In this document: one piece after another, positions 41,563-55,949 of the stretch | Position numbering within the stretch: the first letter of the stretch is position 1 | Layout: every line of letters starts with the position of its first letter | Program-made: the position numbers and the translations under genes | Source of the DNA: Eledone cirrhosa | Taxonomy: Eukaryota | Direction of reading: 5' to 3' | Assembly (NCBI GenBank): GCA_964016885.1 | Contig: OZ024756.1 | Span: forward strand, 930,001 to 994,000 | DNA length: 64,000 nucleotides | Notes under the pieces: generated by a model | Seen by the model: the letters and a program-made list of their open reading frames with translations, nothing else | The model's database searches: none | Told to the model about the DNA's origin: nothing

Positions 41563-41618
41563 GCACCAAAGTACTCAATACTTCTTTCGTTGCACATCTG
41601 CAACATCATCAGTGGTAC
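41563..41618 (-). ncRNA. Type I hammerhead of the Penelope-like pLTR family
   Basis: GTACCA CTGATGA TGTTGC AGATGT GCAAC GAAA G...C TT TGGTGC. Confidence 0.78.
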
Positions 41619-41659
41619 TATTATGTTCCTCCTGTTGTATTGTATATCTACGCCATTTT

Positions 41660-41860
41660 TTTTACCGTTGGTCAGTCAATGATAAACATTGAAGACCAAA
41701 TGAATTAACTATGGAGATATAAAAGATACAGAAGTGAAAACCAACCAAACAGTGAGTGTGTTCTGTTATTATTTCTGGCAATATTATTACAACAATATGA
41801 CCCTCCCCAAGTATAACAATATTGTTTCGACACTCGATTTCATATCAAAAACCTCGCAAA
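41660..41860 (+). mobile_element. Penelope-like pLTR fragment including ORF start
   Basis: MTLPKYNNI at 41798; similar to 53255-53402. Confidence 0.8.
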
Positions 41861-41983
41861 ATAATATACATATATATATATATATAACCAAAAATTTAAC
41901 AAGGTTCATTGATTAATCAATGAATAAAGTTTTACAATAGATTAGAAGCACTCAACAGTGAGGTTTTCTGGAGTTATTAATAT

Positions 41984-42290
41984 TACTTCAAAATATTAAT
42001 AAATATAGATATTCATGTGATCAAATATATTTTATTATACATATTTCAGAGGTACTGAGCTATTTCATCAGTACGTCCTCATCAGATAAAATAAATTGAT
42101 GTCTGACATACTTCAACTGTGCGGTGCCTGCCAAGACTGGAATTGAAACATCAGCACAGTTGAGGTATGCCAGACATCAATTTATTTTATCTGATGAGGA
42201 TGTACTGATGAAATAGCTCAGTACCTCTGAAATATGTATAATAAAATATATTTGATCACATGAATATCTATATTTATTAATATTTTGAAG

Positions 42291-42293
<3 letters not shown>
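41984..42293. mobile_element. Palindromic module with two opposed hammerheads (42030-42091 minus, 42185-42246 plus)
   Basis: TTTTAT CTGATGA GGAYGTACTGA..TCAGTACCTCT GAAA TATGTA TA ATAAAA lies on both arms of ~135 bp. Confidence 0.85.
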
Positions 42294-42361
<68 letters not shown>

Positions 42362-42492
42362 GATACAGAGACAGAGAGAGAATTTTATTTCTCTCCCTAT
42401 ATATATACACACATACATATATGTGTCTGTGTGTATATATATGTATATATCATCCGAGGTTTTCTCAAATCTCTCTCTCCCTCTCCCTCTCC

Positions 42493-42612
<120 letters not shown>

Positions 42613-42619
42613 ATATATA

Positions 42620-43017
42620 TGTAGGAGGTGAGTTTTATTGTAGTACAATAAAGCAATGCAGATATCGGATAAGAAGCACTCTACAGTTTGTAGGACTGGA
42701 GTATACATAATATATAGGATCAAAAGATGGTTAAAAGAGTTCCATGTATTTTATTATGCGCATTTCAAAAACAAATATCATCATTCAATAACATTTGTGT
42801 TTTCATCAGATAAAATAGGAAGACATGATATGAAGGTTAAAAAACACTTGCGAATAGTGCAGCTGATTTAAAACTGCACTATTCACAAGTGTTTTTTAAC
42901 CTTCATATCATGTCTTCCTATTTTATCTGATGGAAACACAAATGTTATTGAATGATGATATTTGTTTTTGAAATGCGCATAATAAAATACATGGAACTCT
43001 TTTAACCATCTTTTGAT
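42620..43017. mobile_element. Palindromic module with two opposed hammerheads (42749-42815 minus, 42921-42987 plus)
   Basis: TTTTAT CTGATGA AAACACAAAT...ATTTGTTTTT GAAA TGCGCA TA ATAAAA. The + copy has CTGATGG. Flanked by (TA)n. Confidence 0.85.
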
Positions 43018-43019
43018 TT

Positions 43020-43093
<74 letters not shown>

Positions 43094-43140
43094 TTAACGA
43101 GCCCTCTTCAGATTTTAGTCTTCACATTTATTATTACTAT

Positions 43141-43180
<40 letters not shown>

Positions 43181-43531
43181 TTGCTTTGCGAGGTTTTTGA
43201 TATGAAATCGAGTGTCGAAACAATATTGTTATACTTGGGGAGGGTCATATTGTTGTAATAATATTGCCAGAAATAATAACAGAACACACTCACTGTTTGG
43301 TTGGTTTTCACTTCTGTATCTTTTATATCTCCATAGTTAATTCATTTGGTCTCCAATGTTTATCATTGACTGACCAACGGTAAAAAAAATGGCGTAGATA
43401 TACAATACAACAGGAGGAACATAATAGTACCACTGATGATGTTGTAGATGTGCAACGAAAGAATTTTGTTAGACTATATATATGTGTTTATATCTATATT
43501 ATATCTGTATTTTGACCGTTGGTCAGTCAAT
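43181..43531. mobile_element. Head-to-head Penelope-like pLTR fragments with hammerhead core at 43427-43470
   Basis: Near-identical reverse complement of 41583-41860, including the inversion junction. Confidence 0.8.
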
Positions 43532-43564
43532 CAAGATAGATAGATAGATAGATAGAGTGATAGA

Positions 43565-44010
43565 TATATTTCTTTATTCGCCACAAGGGCGCACAAGAAA
43601 AGGGGACAATACAAAGACACATTCCGGAGATTTTACATACAATCGTGTATAAATATGGAAACAAACCAATTAAACAATCAAAATCCCCAATAGGGGGGAA
43701 GCGCCACAAATTGGTTGTTTAATACCCCGTCGATAGAACAACCCTCAACTTCAGGAGCGTGTTGTGCAATTGCTCCTTTCCTCCTTTTGCTCTCTTCTTC
43801 AAGCTACAGGTTTATATACAGAGAAGGCCCAATCACTCGGGCCATTTTTGCCACATTCACCCAGCTTTCAGTACTCCACTTCAGGAGCGTGTTGTGCAAG
43901 TGCTCCCTTCCTCCTTGATATTTTTTCCACATTCACCCACCTTTCAGTAAATTTACTGGGGTGCAGTACCTTTCTCCCCACTCTGATTTTTCTTCTAATA
44001 GATATATTAC
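43565..44010 (-). mobile_element. Probable LINE 3' end (possibly L1/Tx1-like), rearranged
   Basis: Minus strand ERKVLHPSKFTERWVNV...; ends in AATAAAGAAATA next to a (GATA)n tract; internal duplications present. Confidence 0.4.
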
Positions 44011-44149
44011 AGGAGAGAGAGGAAGGGATGTAACTTAAACAGATGAAGAAATAGAAGTTACAGTTTGATAAATTGTATAAAAAACAACATCAACAACAAC
44101 AAATAAAATGGCAAAGTGAGATGTCAGGGAAAAAGCAGATATCAGCTAA

Positions 44150-46214
<2,065 letters not shown>

Positions 46215-46244
46215 GAGTATCGCTATTAGCTTTCTCCGATTATG

Positions 46245-46291
<47 letters not shown>

Positions 46292-46296
<5 letters not shown>

Positions 46297-46758
46297 GGAA
46301 TAGAATGAAACGAAATTTCATTTCTCACTCTTAGTAAGTATGTATGTATGTATACGTACATACATATATGTATACAGACGTACAGTAGTATGTATATATA
46401 TATATATATATACACACATGCACACATATATATAAGCACGTATCGGTTTACCGAACATTTATTATAATGCTCTGTTTGTTTGTTTGTAAACAAACAAACA
46501 GGCGAATTACGCCGTACAGTGTTTAGGCAACCACGTCACCTTTTTGTTCAACACTGACACAGGAACGATGTACTAGTTTCAAGCTTATTAGTTATCGTCA
46601 GCATCGTATACCTTCCTGCCAGATGGTTGAACGTCTGAAAGTATATACTTTCCTTATGCATATTAACGGCTGAGCAGCCTAATTTGCATATCGAGTGAGT
46701 TCAGTCGGCCGGGCACACCGAAAACGATAAATGGAATAGAATGAAACGAAATTTCATT

Positions 46759-46763
<5 letters not shown>
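46292..46763 (-). mobile_element. Retrozyme/pLTR-like monomer with 35-bp terminal direct repeat and hammerhead at 46566-46606
   Basis: AAATGGAATAGAATGAAACGAAATTTCATTT(T)CTCA occurs at both ends. The minus strand reads CGATG CTGACGA TAACTAATAAGCTT GAAA CTAG TA CATCG. Confidence 0.75.
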
Positions 46764-46831
<68 letters not shown>

Positions 46832-46867
46832 GAAGTTATAGTTCACTTGAAGCATTGTGTAATGAGG

Positions 46868-47125
46868 TATAAACGTTTGTATTTGTAAAGCCAAAACAAT
46901 GCAGGTATGGATATAGAATATAAATGCAAATGCAAAAGATATTGTTGACAATTAGTCTTTTACCTTAAATTTATTTAAATATCCTTAATTTTCGAGATAA
47001 TATCTCGAAAATTAAGGATATTTAAATAAATTTAAAGTAAAAGACTAATTGTCAACAATATCTTTTGCATTTGCATTTATATTCTATATCCATACCTGCA
47101 TTGTTTTGGCTTTACAAATACAAAC

Positions 47126-47132
<7 letters not shown>
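46868..47132. repeat. Near-perfect ~265-bp AT-rich palindrome
   Basis: Arms centred on CGAGATAATATCTCG at ~47000. The two ORF-track entries beginning MSTISFAFAF on opposite strands confirm the symmetry. Confidence 0.9.
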
Positions 47133-47196
<64 letters not shown>

Positions 47197-47199
<3 letters not shown>

Positions 47200-47605
47200 T
47201 TCAAAATATTAATAAATATAGACATTCATGTGATCAAATATATTTTATTATGCATATTTCAGAGGTACTGAGCTATTTCATCAGTACATCCTCATCAGAT
47301 AAAATAAATTGATGTCTGACATACCTCAACTGTGCTGATGTTTCAATTCCAGTCTTGGCAGGCACCGCACAGTTGAAGTATGTCAGACATCAATTTATTT
47401 TATCTGATGAGGACGTACTGATGAAATAGCTCAGTACCTCTGAAATATGTATAATAAAATATATTTGATCACATGAATATCTATATTTATTAATATTTTG
47501 AAGTAATATTAATAACTCCAGAAAACCTCACTGTTGAGTGCTTCTAATCTATTGTAAAACTTTATTCATTGATTAATCAATGAACCTTGTTAAATTTTTG
47601 GTTAT
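47197..47605. mobile_element. Palindromic hammerhead module (47243-47304 minus, 47398-47459 plus), inverted copy of 41885-42293
   Basis: Near-identical reverse complement of 41885-42293. Confidence 0.87.
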
Positions 47606-47629
47606 ATATATATATATATATGTATATTA

Positions 47630-50600
47630 GTTTTGCGAGGTTTTTGATATGAAATCGTGTGTCGAAACAAATATTGTTATACTTGGGGAGGGTCATATTT
47701 GTGTAATATTGCCAGAATTAATAACAGAACACACCCACTGTTTGGTTGGTTTTCGCTTTTCGCTTCTGTGTCTTTTATATCGGTTAATTTAATTTATTCG
47801 GTCCTCAATGTTGCCATTGACTGACCAACGGTCAAAAATACAGATACAATATAGACACAAACACATATATATAGTTTATCAACGTTCTTTCGTTGCACAT
47901 CTGCAACATCGTCAGTGGTGCTATTGTTTCCTCCCGTTGCATTGTATTTTCTACGCCATCTTTATTTAGTCTGTTTATATATTTATTTATTTGTTTATTT
48001 TTATTTTTATTTTTTCTTTGTCTTCTTTGCGCATGCGTTTGCGTGTGTGTATAGTGTTTTGTTTGATGTGTGTTCGTGATTGGGTGACTGTGTATTGGTT
48101 AATGTATTCTATCTTTACTAGTGTGTGTTTATATGTGTTTGTTGTTATTGTGCTTGTGTATGTATTTATTTATTTATCTATTTATTTATTTATTTATACT
48201 TCTCTTAGGTCAGTGTTGTTTGTTTGGGTGTTGTTGTTTTTCCATTCATTTTTTCTGTTTAGCCTTCGCCTTCTAAGTTCTATTTCACTGGCCTCTCTGA
48301 TTTGCCTATTTGATATTATTCTAATTTCTATGTTGTCTATGTTACGGTCGTGTTGTTGTCTGGCATGTTCGTATAGTACTGAACCGTTTTATCGTCCTTT
48401 TAGTTCCCCCCAGTGTTGGTCTATCCTTTCACCTATGCTACGAGCTGTCTCGCTTATGTATGTTGTTATCATGTTTCTGCAAGTACCCCCTGTACATCTT
48501 ATGCTATAGACTACGTTTCTAGTTTTACAGTTTATCCGGGGGTTTACCTTACATATGATACATTTCCTATTAGTACAGTGGGTTTTATTAAAAGGCTAGG
48601 TTTTGCTGATCAGGGATTTCATGGTGGTTCCTGGATTTTCTACCACCTTAATCTTTAAGTGGGTCTTTCTCAGGGCCTTTCTACACTGGTTAGCTAATTT
48701 CCCTCCAGGGGTGGCGTCCACAAACATGACACTCTGGTATCTCTGGTTGTCGTACCATGAGGTGGCTTTCCCTATCTTATGTCTAGTCCTATCTAAGCTA
48801 TTCCATGATTTGCTCCTGTATAATGGGCAAATTCCTTTCATGTCCAGTTCTATGAGGGTCTTATACTTCTCCGTGGCTCCTTCGTATACTCTGATTCTGT
48901 CTCTTTGGTTGTAGCCAGAGAACTGCATGCGGTTGATGAAGTGTTGGATGTGTCTTTCCATTTCTGTTGGGTCGCACATGCGGGACACATTCTTCATCAC
49001 TCGTACCAAGTCTGCTATCAGAATATTAAACGTAGCACTACTGGACATTGCTGAATTTTTGAGTATCAGGTATTTGGAGGCCATGGGTTTTGCATAGTGT
49101 GAGTGGAGAATTTGGGCTCTCTCGTCTATAGCGTTAATCCAGAGTTCCGTGTCTAATACAGGTAGTCTATTGTTAGGGTGTTTGGAAGGGTAGTCGATAG
49201 TTACAGTTATACTCTGGTGTATGGAATTAGCTATCTGCTGGATGCTTTCCATTGTGCTACGCTCTAAATCCAACTTGTTAGTGCTCTCTTGTGGGGATGT
49301 TCTTATAACTATATTGATATCGTCTACGTAACGAGAGTACATGAGGTCTATGGAGCTCTCATCAAGGAGATCTTTAAGTCTCCTTTCCCACCATACCATA
49401 AAAAGGTTGGCAACGTCACCAGCTATGCTGACGCCAATGGCTGCTCCCTCATTTTGGGTGTAGATCTTCTCGTTGATCTTGAATATGTGGCCCTTTAGGG
49501 CAGTTTTGATACTAGCCCCTATTGCATGTGCGACAATTTTTCTTACCTGATCATTGTTTTGGGGGGTCCGTATAGCTTTGGTCCACCCAATCCACCTTAC
49601 CATGGGAGTCTTTTTAGCTATTAAGGTTATGGTGGGGGTCTACCTCTTATGGGTATACTGGGGCAGAAACGTCTAAGGTCATGGCTGTCTAGGTAGTCAG
49701 TGTCGTAGGTAAGTCTAAGTAGGAGGCCCAGTTCGTCTGTGTCGACGTCGCAGAACTCCACCTCACTCTCAATGATCATCTCCACACATTTTTCCACAGC
49801 AAAATCAATGTTAATGGATGGGTACAGTGATACCACATCCATGCTGCCTATTATGCAGTAGGATAGGTTCCTGTTTTTGTTGCACTCACTGATTCTGCTG
49901 AGGAGGTCCTCTTTACTGTCACAATCATCTGGGGACATCTTGATTATGGGGCGTATAACCATTGAGGGGAAGTAGGAGATCCTGTAGTTGCTAGCTATAT
50001 TTGCTCCGCATACGGGTCTTGTTGGTGGTCCTTTTGTCGGGTCGTCGACTGTCTTGTGGTCTTTGCGGAGCCCATACAAGGGTCGTATGCCATTGTTAGA
50101 CGCCTGGAAGTTTTTGGCAGCGCGTCTGCTTGGCTTTAGGATGTCGCTCCACATCATCATGTGAGCGTTGAGGATTTTCTCTCTCCCATCATGTATTTGC
50201 TGTGCAATTTCGCTCGTGTTGGTGATGTGGGGTTGCATAGCCTTGATGTAGTTCGGCATGCTGTCTATTGACATCCTACCAGACTTATCCGTGGGTAAAC
50301 ATACTACCTCACCATCCCTTGTGCGCTGCTTGAGGCTAACCAAGGTTTCCTCCCAAATTGTTGGACCTCTGGTCTGCTCTGTCTCTTAGTATACCGGTCT
50401 ACTATTTGTCTAATCTTATTTCTAGCTATGGTGAACTGTGCCTCTATCTCGTCATCTATTTGTTGTGGTATGCACATTCTTTTATTAAAGGGTAACCTCG
50501 TAGAATAGATATTACCCATCCTATATGTTTTGTCAGCTGGGTTGAAGAATAGTTTCTCTAAGGGGTTGTCATTTTATCTATCGTCATAGTTGTGTGTGTT

Positions 50601-52094
50601 GCTATTATTGTTATTATGGTGGTTGTTGTTGTTCCTATCATTAGCATTATTATTATTGTTATGATTGCTACATGTATTGTTGTTATGATTGCTAGATGTA
50701 TTTTTGCTGTGATTGTTAGATGTATTGTTGTTGTTTTCTCCACCGTTATTGTTGTTGTTACTGTTATTTCTATCATTGTGGTTGTTACTTTTATTATGTT
50801 TCTTGTTTTTGTTGTGTCTATCATTAATGTTGCTACATGTATTATTTCTATTATTACCACTGTGGTTGTTGTTGTTATTCGTATTGTTACCGTTATTACT
50901 ACTGTGGTCGCTGCTGCTGTGTCTGTAGTTAATGTTTCTATTATTATTATTATTGTGGTTGTTGTTGTTGTTCTGTCTATCGTTAATATTATTACCATTA
51001 TTACTATTTCTCACTCTCCTGCTATTGTTATTGTTATGACTATTACTATTATAGCTGTTATTTCTATATTCAGAGTTATTGTTTATATTACTACTACCGT
51101 TATTATTGTTGTTGTTGTTGTTGTTGTTGTTTACTTTTGCATTCCAACGTATTTTTGTGAAACACTTTTCCAGCTCCGTTTTGCACTCCATAGGGTTAAT
51201 CTTTTTGTAGATGGCAAATTTTGGTGGTAGCTGCAGGATTTGTTGTTCTTGTTCACTGATTAAAGTGTTCCCATAAATATTTACTGTGTGGTCATTGGTA
51301 AATTCTTCCGGTAGTTTTACATCAGTCATACGGATATTGTTGATGTCATCTGGGTATTTTTGAGAATATTCTATTTTTCTTTCTTCTAGTTTTTTCTTAT
51401 TCATCCATTCTAATTTCTTATTGAAATGCCTATTGCATTCGTTTCGGGCGTATTTCGTTTCACGTCGGATGACGCTCATGAAGTCATCCCTTTCGTTTGG
51501 TGTGGTGAGATTTCGGACATCCTTACCGTTAATGCGTTTCTGTCTGTAAAGTTCGTTGACTTTTGTGTATGTTGTTCTTTTCATATTAACTGTTATTGTG
51601 TGTTTTAGTCGTTCAGCTTCTGTTTTGCTCAATAATGAATTATTTACTTGTTTTGATATGTTTGTTGTGTATATTTTGGAGGAAACACAGTGGTTTAAGA
51701 AGCGGATTTGTTCTGTTGTTATTGTAGTTTTTATATAACAGAAAACAGTGTCTTTCAATAACCTTTCAGCTTGGCACAAGCTAATGCCATAGCGGCGATG
51801 AATTAGGTTTGCGAGGTTTTTGATATGAAATCGTGTGTCGAAACAAATATTGTTATACTTGGGGAGGGTCATATTTGTGTAATATTGCCAGAATTAATAA
51901 CAGAACACACTCACTGTTTGGTTGGTTTTCGCTTTTCGCTTCTGTGTCTTTTATATCGGTTAATTTAATTTATTCGGTCCTCAATGTTGCCATTAACTGA
52001 CCAACGGTCAAAAATACAGATACAATATAGACACAAACACATATATATAGTTTATCAAAGTTCTTTCGTTGCACATCTGCAACATCGTCAGTGG
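47630..52094 (-). mobile_element. Decayed near-full-length Penelope-like element (RT + GIY-YIG) with direct pLTRs
   Basis: ORF runs from 51872 with stops and frameshifts: LPPKFAI..KIRW, LPTDKSG, LYGLRKDHK, TRPVCGA, GSMDVVSLYPSI, GAAIG..AGDVANLFM, YSRYVDD, then a GIY-YIG region to ~48240. Direct repeats 47630-47917 and 51808-52094 each carry a hammerhead core CTGACGA..GAAA. Confidence 0.92.
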
Positions 52095-53400
52095 AAGAAC
52101 GTGTCCCGCATGTGCGACCCAACAGAAATGGAAAGACACATCCGACACCAGTTCTCTGGCTACAACCAAAGAGACAGAGTCAGAGTATACGAAGGAGCCA
52201 CGGAGAAGTATAAGGCCCTCATAGAACTGGACATGAAAGGAATTTGCCCATTATACAGGAGCAAATCATGGAATAGCTTAGATAGGGCTAGACATAAGAT
52301 AGGGAAAGCCACCTCATGGTACGACAACCAGAGATACTAGAGTGTCATGTTTGTGGACGCCACCCCTGGAGGGAAATTAGCTAAACAGTGTAGAAAGGCC
52401 CTGAGAAAGACCCACTTAAAGATTAAGGTGGTAGAAAATCCAGGAACCACCATGAAATCCCTGATCAGCAAAACCTACCCTTTTAAGAAAACCCACTGTA
52501 CTAATAGGACATGTATCATATGTAAGGTAAACCCCCGGATAAACTGTAAAACTAGAAACATAGTCTATAGCATAAGATGTACAGAGGGTACTTGCAGAAA
52601 CATGATAACAACATACATAGGCGAGACAGCTCGTAGAATAGGTGAAAGGATAGACCAACAATGGGGGGAACTAAAAGGACGAAAAAACGGTTCAGTACTA
52701 TACGAACATGCCAGACAGCAACACGACGGTAACATAGACAACATAGAAATTAGAATAATATCTAAAGATAGAAATGACCCAGCAGATAGGCAAATCAGAG
52801 AGGCCAGTGAAATAGAACTTAGAAGGCCAAGGATAAACAGAAAAAAATTAATGGAATAATAACAACACCGAAACAAACAACACTGACCTAAGAGAAGTAT
52901 AAATAAATAAATAAATAGATAAATAAATAAATACATACACAAGCACAATAACAACAAACACATATAAACACACAGTAGTAAAGATAGAATACATTAACCA
53001 ATACACAGTCACCCAATCACGAACACATATACATATACACACACGCAAACGCATGCGCAAAGAAGACAAAGAAAAAATAAAAATAAAAATAAACAAATAA
53101 ATAAATATATAAACGGACTAAATAAAGATGGCGTAGAAAATACGATGCAACGGGAGGAAACAATAGCACCACTGACGATGTTGCAGATGTGCAACGAAAG
53201 AACTTTGATAAACTATATATATGTGTTTGTGTCTATATTGTATCTGTATTTTTGACAGTTGGTCAGTCAATGGCAACATTGAGGACCGAATAAATTAAAT
53301 TAACCGATATAAAAGACACAGAAGCGAAAAGCGAAAACCAACCAAACAGTGAGTGTGTTCTGTTATTAATTCTGGCAATGTTACACACATATGACCCTCC

Positions 53401-53402
<2 letters not shown>
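52095..53402 (+). mobile_element. Inverted 3' copy of the Penelope-like element (RT thumb, Cys linker, GIY-YIG, pLTR)
   Basis: CTNRTCIIC linker (Neptune-type), NIVYSIRC...TYIGETAR...RQIREASEI...IN. Hammerhead core at 53166-53210. Ends at ATGACCCTCCCC followed by (AT)n. Confidence 0.92.
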
Positions 53403-53462
<60 letters not shown>

Positions 53463-53649
53463 CAAGTTGACAGGACTAGCATGGGTTTCACTGCTAGTAC
53501 CGGTTACATCTCAGCATACTCAATAGGTAATGTTGAGTAAACTCCCAGAGTAGACACATAGTTATTTGCTTCAATACACATGTAAATGGGTACCTTCAAT
53601 CTATACGCGAACTCTAGTTTCTGCCACACTTAATGCAGCAATAGAGTAC

Positions 53650-53821
53650 ACACCATCATCGTCTAGCAGGCTGCCAGCAGTAACCACCCAGTTCCAGTTA
53701 CTATCACTTGTCACACAATCTCGGCAACAGCGTCAGACACGAGAATAACGTGTAAAGCCAGCTGTTAGCCAACTGGCAGACGACACTTTTGACGGCTGGG
53801 AACAAAATAATGAACCTATGT

Positions 53822-53901
<80 letters not shown>

Positions 53902-53978
53902 ACAGACACACAGACACACACCGGCGCACACAGACACAGACACAGACACAGACACACACACACACAGACACAGACACA

Positions 53979-54015
<37 letters not shown>

Positions 54016-54174
54016 ACACACACACACAGAAACATACACACAGACACACACACAGACACATATACACAGACACATACACACAGACACACACACACAGACA
54101 CACACGCACACACACTCTCAGACACCCCCCACCACACACACACACTCACAGACACACACACACTCACAGTCACA

Positions 54175-54238
<64 letters not shown>

Positions 54239-54380
54239 CAAAAGTGTCGTCTGCCAGTTGGCTAACAGCTGGCTTTACACGTTATTCTCGTGTCTGACGC
54301 TGTTGCCGAGATTGTGTGTCAGGTAATGGTAACTCGAACTGGGTGGTTACTGTTAGCAGCCTCGTAGACGGTGATGGTGG
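53650..54380. repeat. ~140-bp inverted repeat flanking a (CA)n tract
   Basis: 53650-53790 is the reverse complement of 54240-54380; the inner ~75 bp are identical. Confidence 0.85.
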
Positions 54381-54387
54381 CTGATAG

Positions 54388-54452
<65 letters not shown>

Positions 54453-54503
54453 ATTAAGTCAAATATGTAAAATTTGGCTTCGTTTATTATAAATTATAGA
54501 TAT

Positions 54504-54558
54504 ACTGCTATATATATTTCGGTGACAGCCATCATTGGCTGTGACCTCTTCAGGCAGT
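54504..54558 (-). ncRNA. Minimal type I hammerhead ribozyme
   Basis: Minus strand reads ACTGC CTGAAGA GGTCACAGCCA ATGA TGGCTGTCACC GAAA TATATA TA GCAGT. Upstream KR..AEAAH...AINK may be a GIY-YIG C-terminal remnant. Confidence 0.85.
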
Positions 54559-55011
54559 CCGAATTGGTGTGGGAAAGACAGGTACACATGTTGTTGAAGT
54601 GTGTTTTACTCCGTCAATACATCGATATGTCCAGCTCCTGGTAGTCTTGTTATTTCTCTGAGGAACTGCAAAGCATCGTTGAAGGTGGCTGCAGGAGAGG
54701 ATCCCAACAAAGAATGGACGTACATGACGACACCAGATTTGTTGATGGCGGATGTTGATAGACTATTTTGAGTGTGTGCTGCTTCTGCAGTAGGATCTCG
54801 CTTTCCCCCATTACAGAAGTCTAGGGGTTGATGCTGATGATTATGATATATGTATATATGAAAGTGTGCGCATATATATATATTCGTATGTATGTGTATA
54901 TATGTATATATTTGTGTATGTATATACATATGTCTATGTGTATATATTCATATATTTGTGTGTGTGAGTGTGTGTGTGTGAGTATGTGTGTGTGAGTGTG
55001 TGTGTGTGTGT

Positions 55012-55255
55012 GTGTGGTTAGTGGTTAAGGTGTTCACCTCACAATCGTAAAGCCTTGTGTTCAATTCTCAGATCAGACGATTCGTTGTGTCCGTCAGAAA
55101 GACACTTTACTTCACATTGGTCCAATCCACTCATCTGGCAAAAATAACTTGCATCTGTAATATCAAAGGGTCAGCCTTGTCACACACTGTGTTACGCTGA
55201 ATCTCCCTGAGAACTAGGTGAAGGCTAGACGTGCCTGTGGAATAGTCAGCCACTT
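55012..55255 (+). mobile_element. Diverged tRNA-derived SINE (related fragment at 30683-30870)
   Basis: TGGTTAGTGG A box, TGTTCAATTC B-like box, and a GCTGAATCTCCCTGAGAA block shared with 30770. Confidence 0.65.
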
Positions 55256-55274
55256 TTTCTTATCTTTTTATGTA

Positions 55275-55441
55275 CCGTATTTCCCGGCGTCGAAGACGCT
55301 ACCTTTTCCCTAAAATAAGTCTCAAAACTCTACCATACGTTCTGGAGGCCGAAGGTTGTTTATTATTTTTCTTCAAATTTTTGGTTGTCAAATTAGGGTA
55401 TGTCCTCGAGGACGAAGCGTCTTCGGCGCCGGGAAATATGG
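55275..55441. mobile_element. pogo-like MITE
   Basis: TIRs CCGTATTTCCCGGCGTCGAAGACGCT / AGCGTCTTCGGCGCCGGGAAATATGG, with TA on the left. Confidence 0.78.
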
Positions 55442-55949
55442 AAAGTCCCCCCCAAAAGGCGGGAATTCACTTAGTGTAAGGGGGGGGACCTAAGAAGAAG
55501 GAAAATTAAGACGAAAAGAATGAATTTACTTTAAACTTGAAAGAGTTCAGGTTATAAGAAGGAGGAAAACATTGAGATGGAAGAGAGTTTCAAAGTCTGG
55601 CAGTTTGAAGAGAAGGTTACGACCATAGAAAGACTTCCTTATTTGTGGAACAACAACAGTATCTGGATGAAGATGATGTGGGTTTAAAGTTGGAGGAAAT
55701 GACGCAAAGTGATCTGGGCAGAAAAGAGAAAGTTCCGTTGGTTGAATGAAATGGAGTACACATCGTCGATAACGACGGAGATCCAATAATAAACACACAC
55801 GTGTCTATGGAATGTTCAACCATTTTACACGTTTATCTGACGAACAAATAGTTTTGTTGATTGAAACAACTGGAGTATTCATCGTCGGAAACGACAGAGG
55901 CCCAACAACGACAACAATGCCACTCCTCCATTACATCCATCACTTTCAT

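Noticed and set aside
55830-55885. CTGACGA...GAAA hammerhead-like core
   Set aside because: No convincing stem I or stem III pairing was found.
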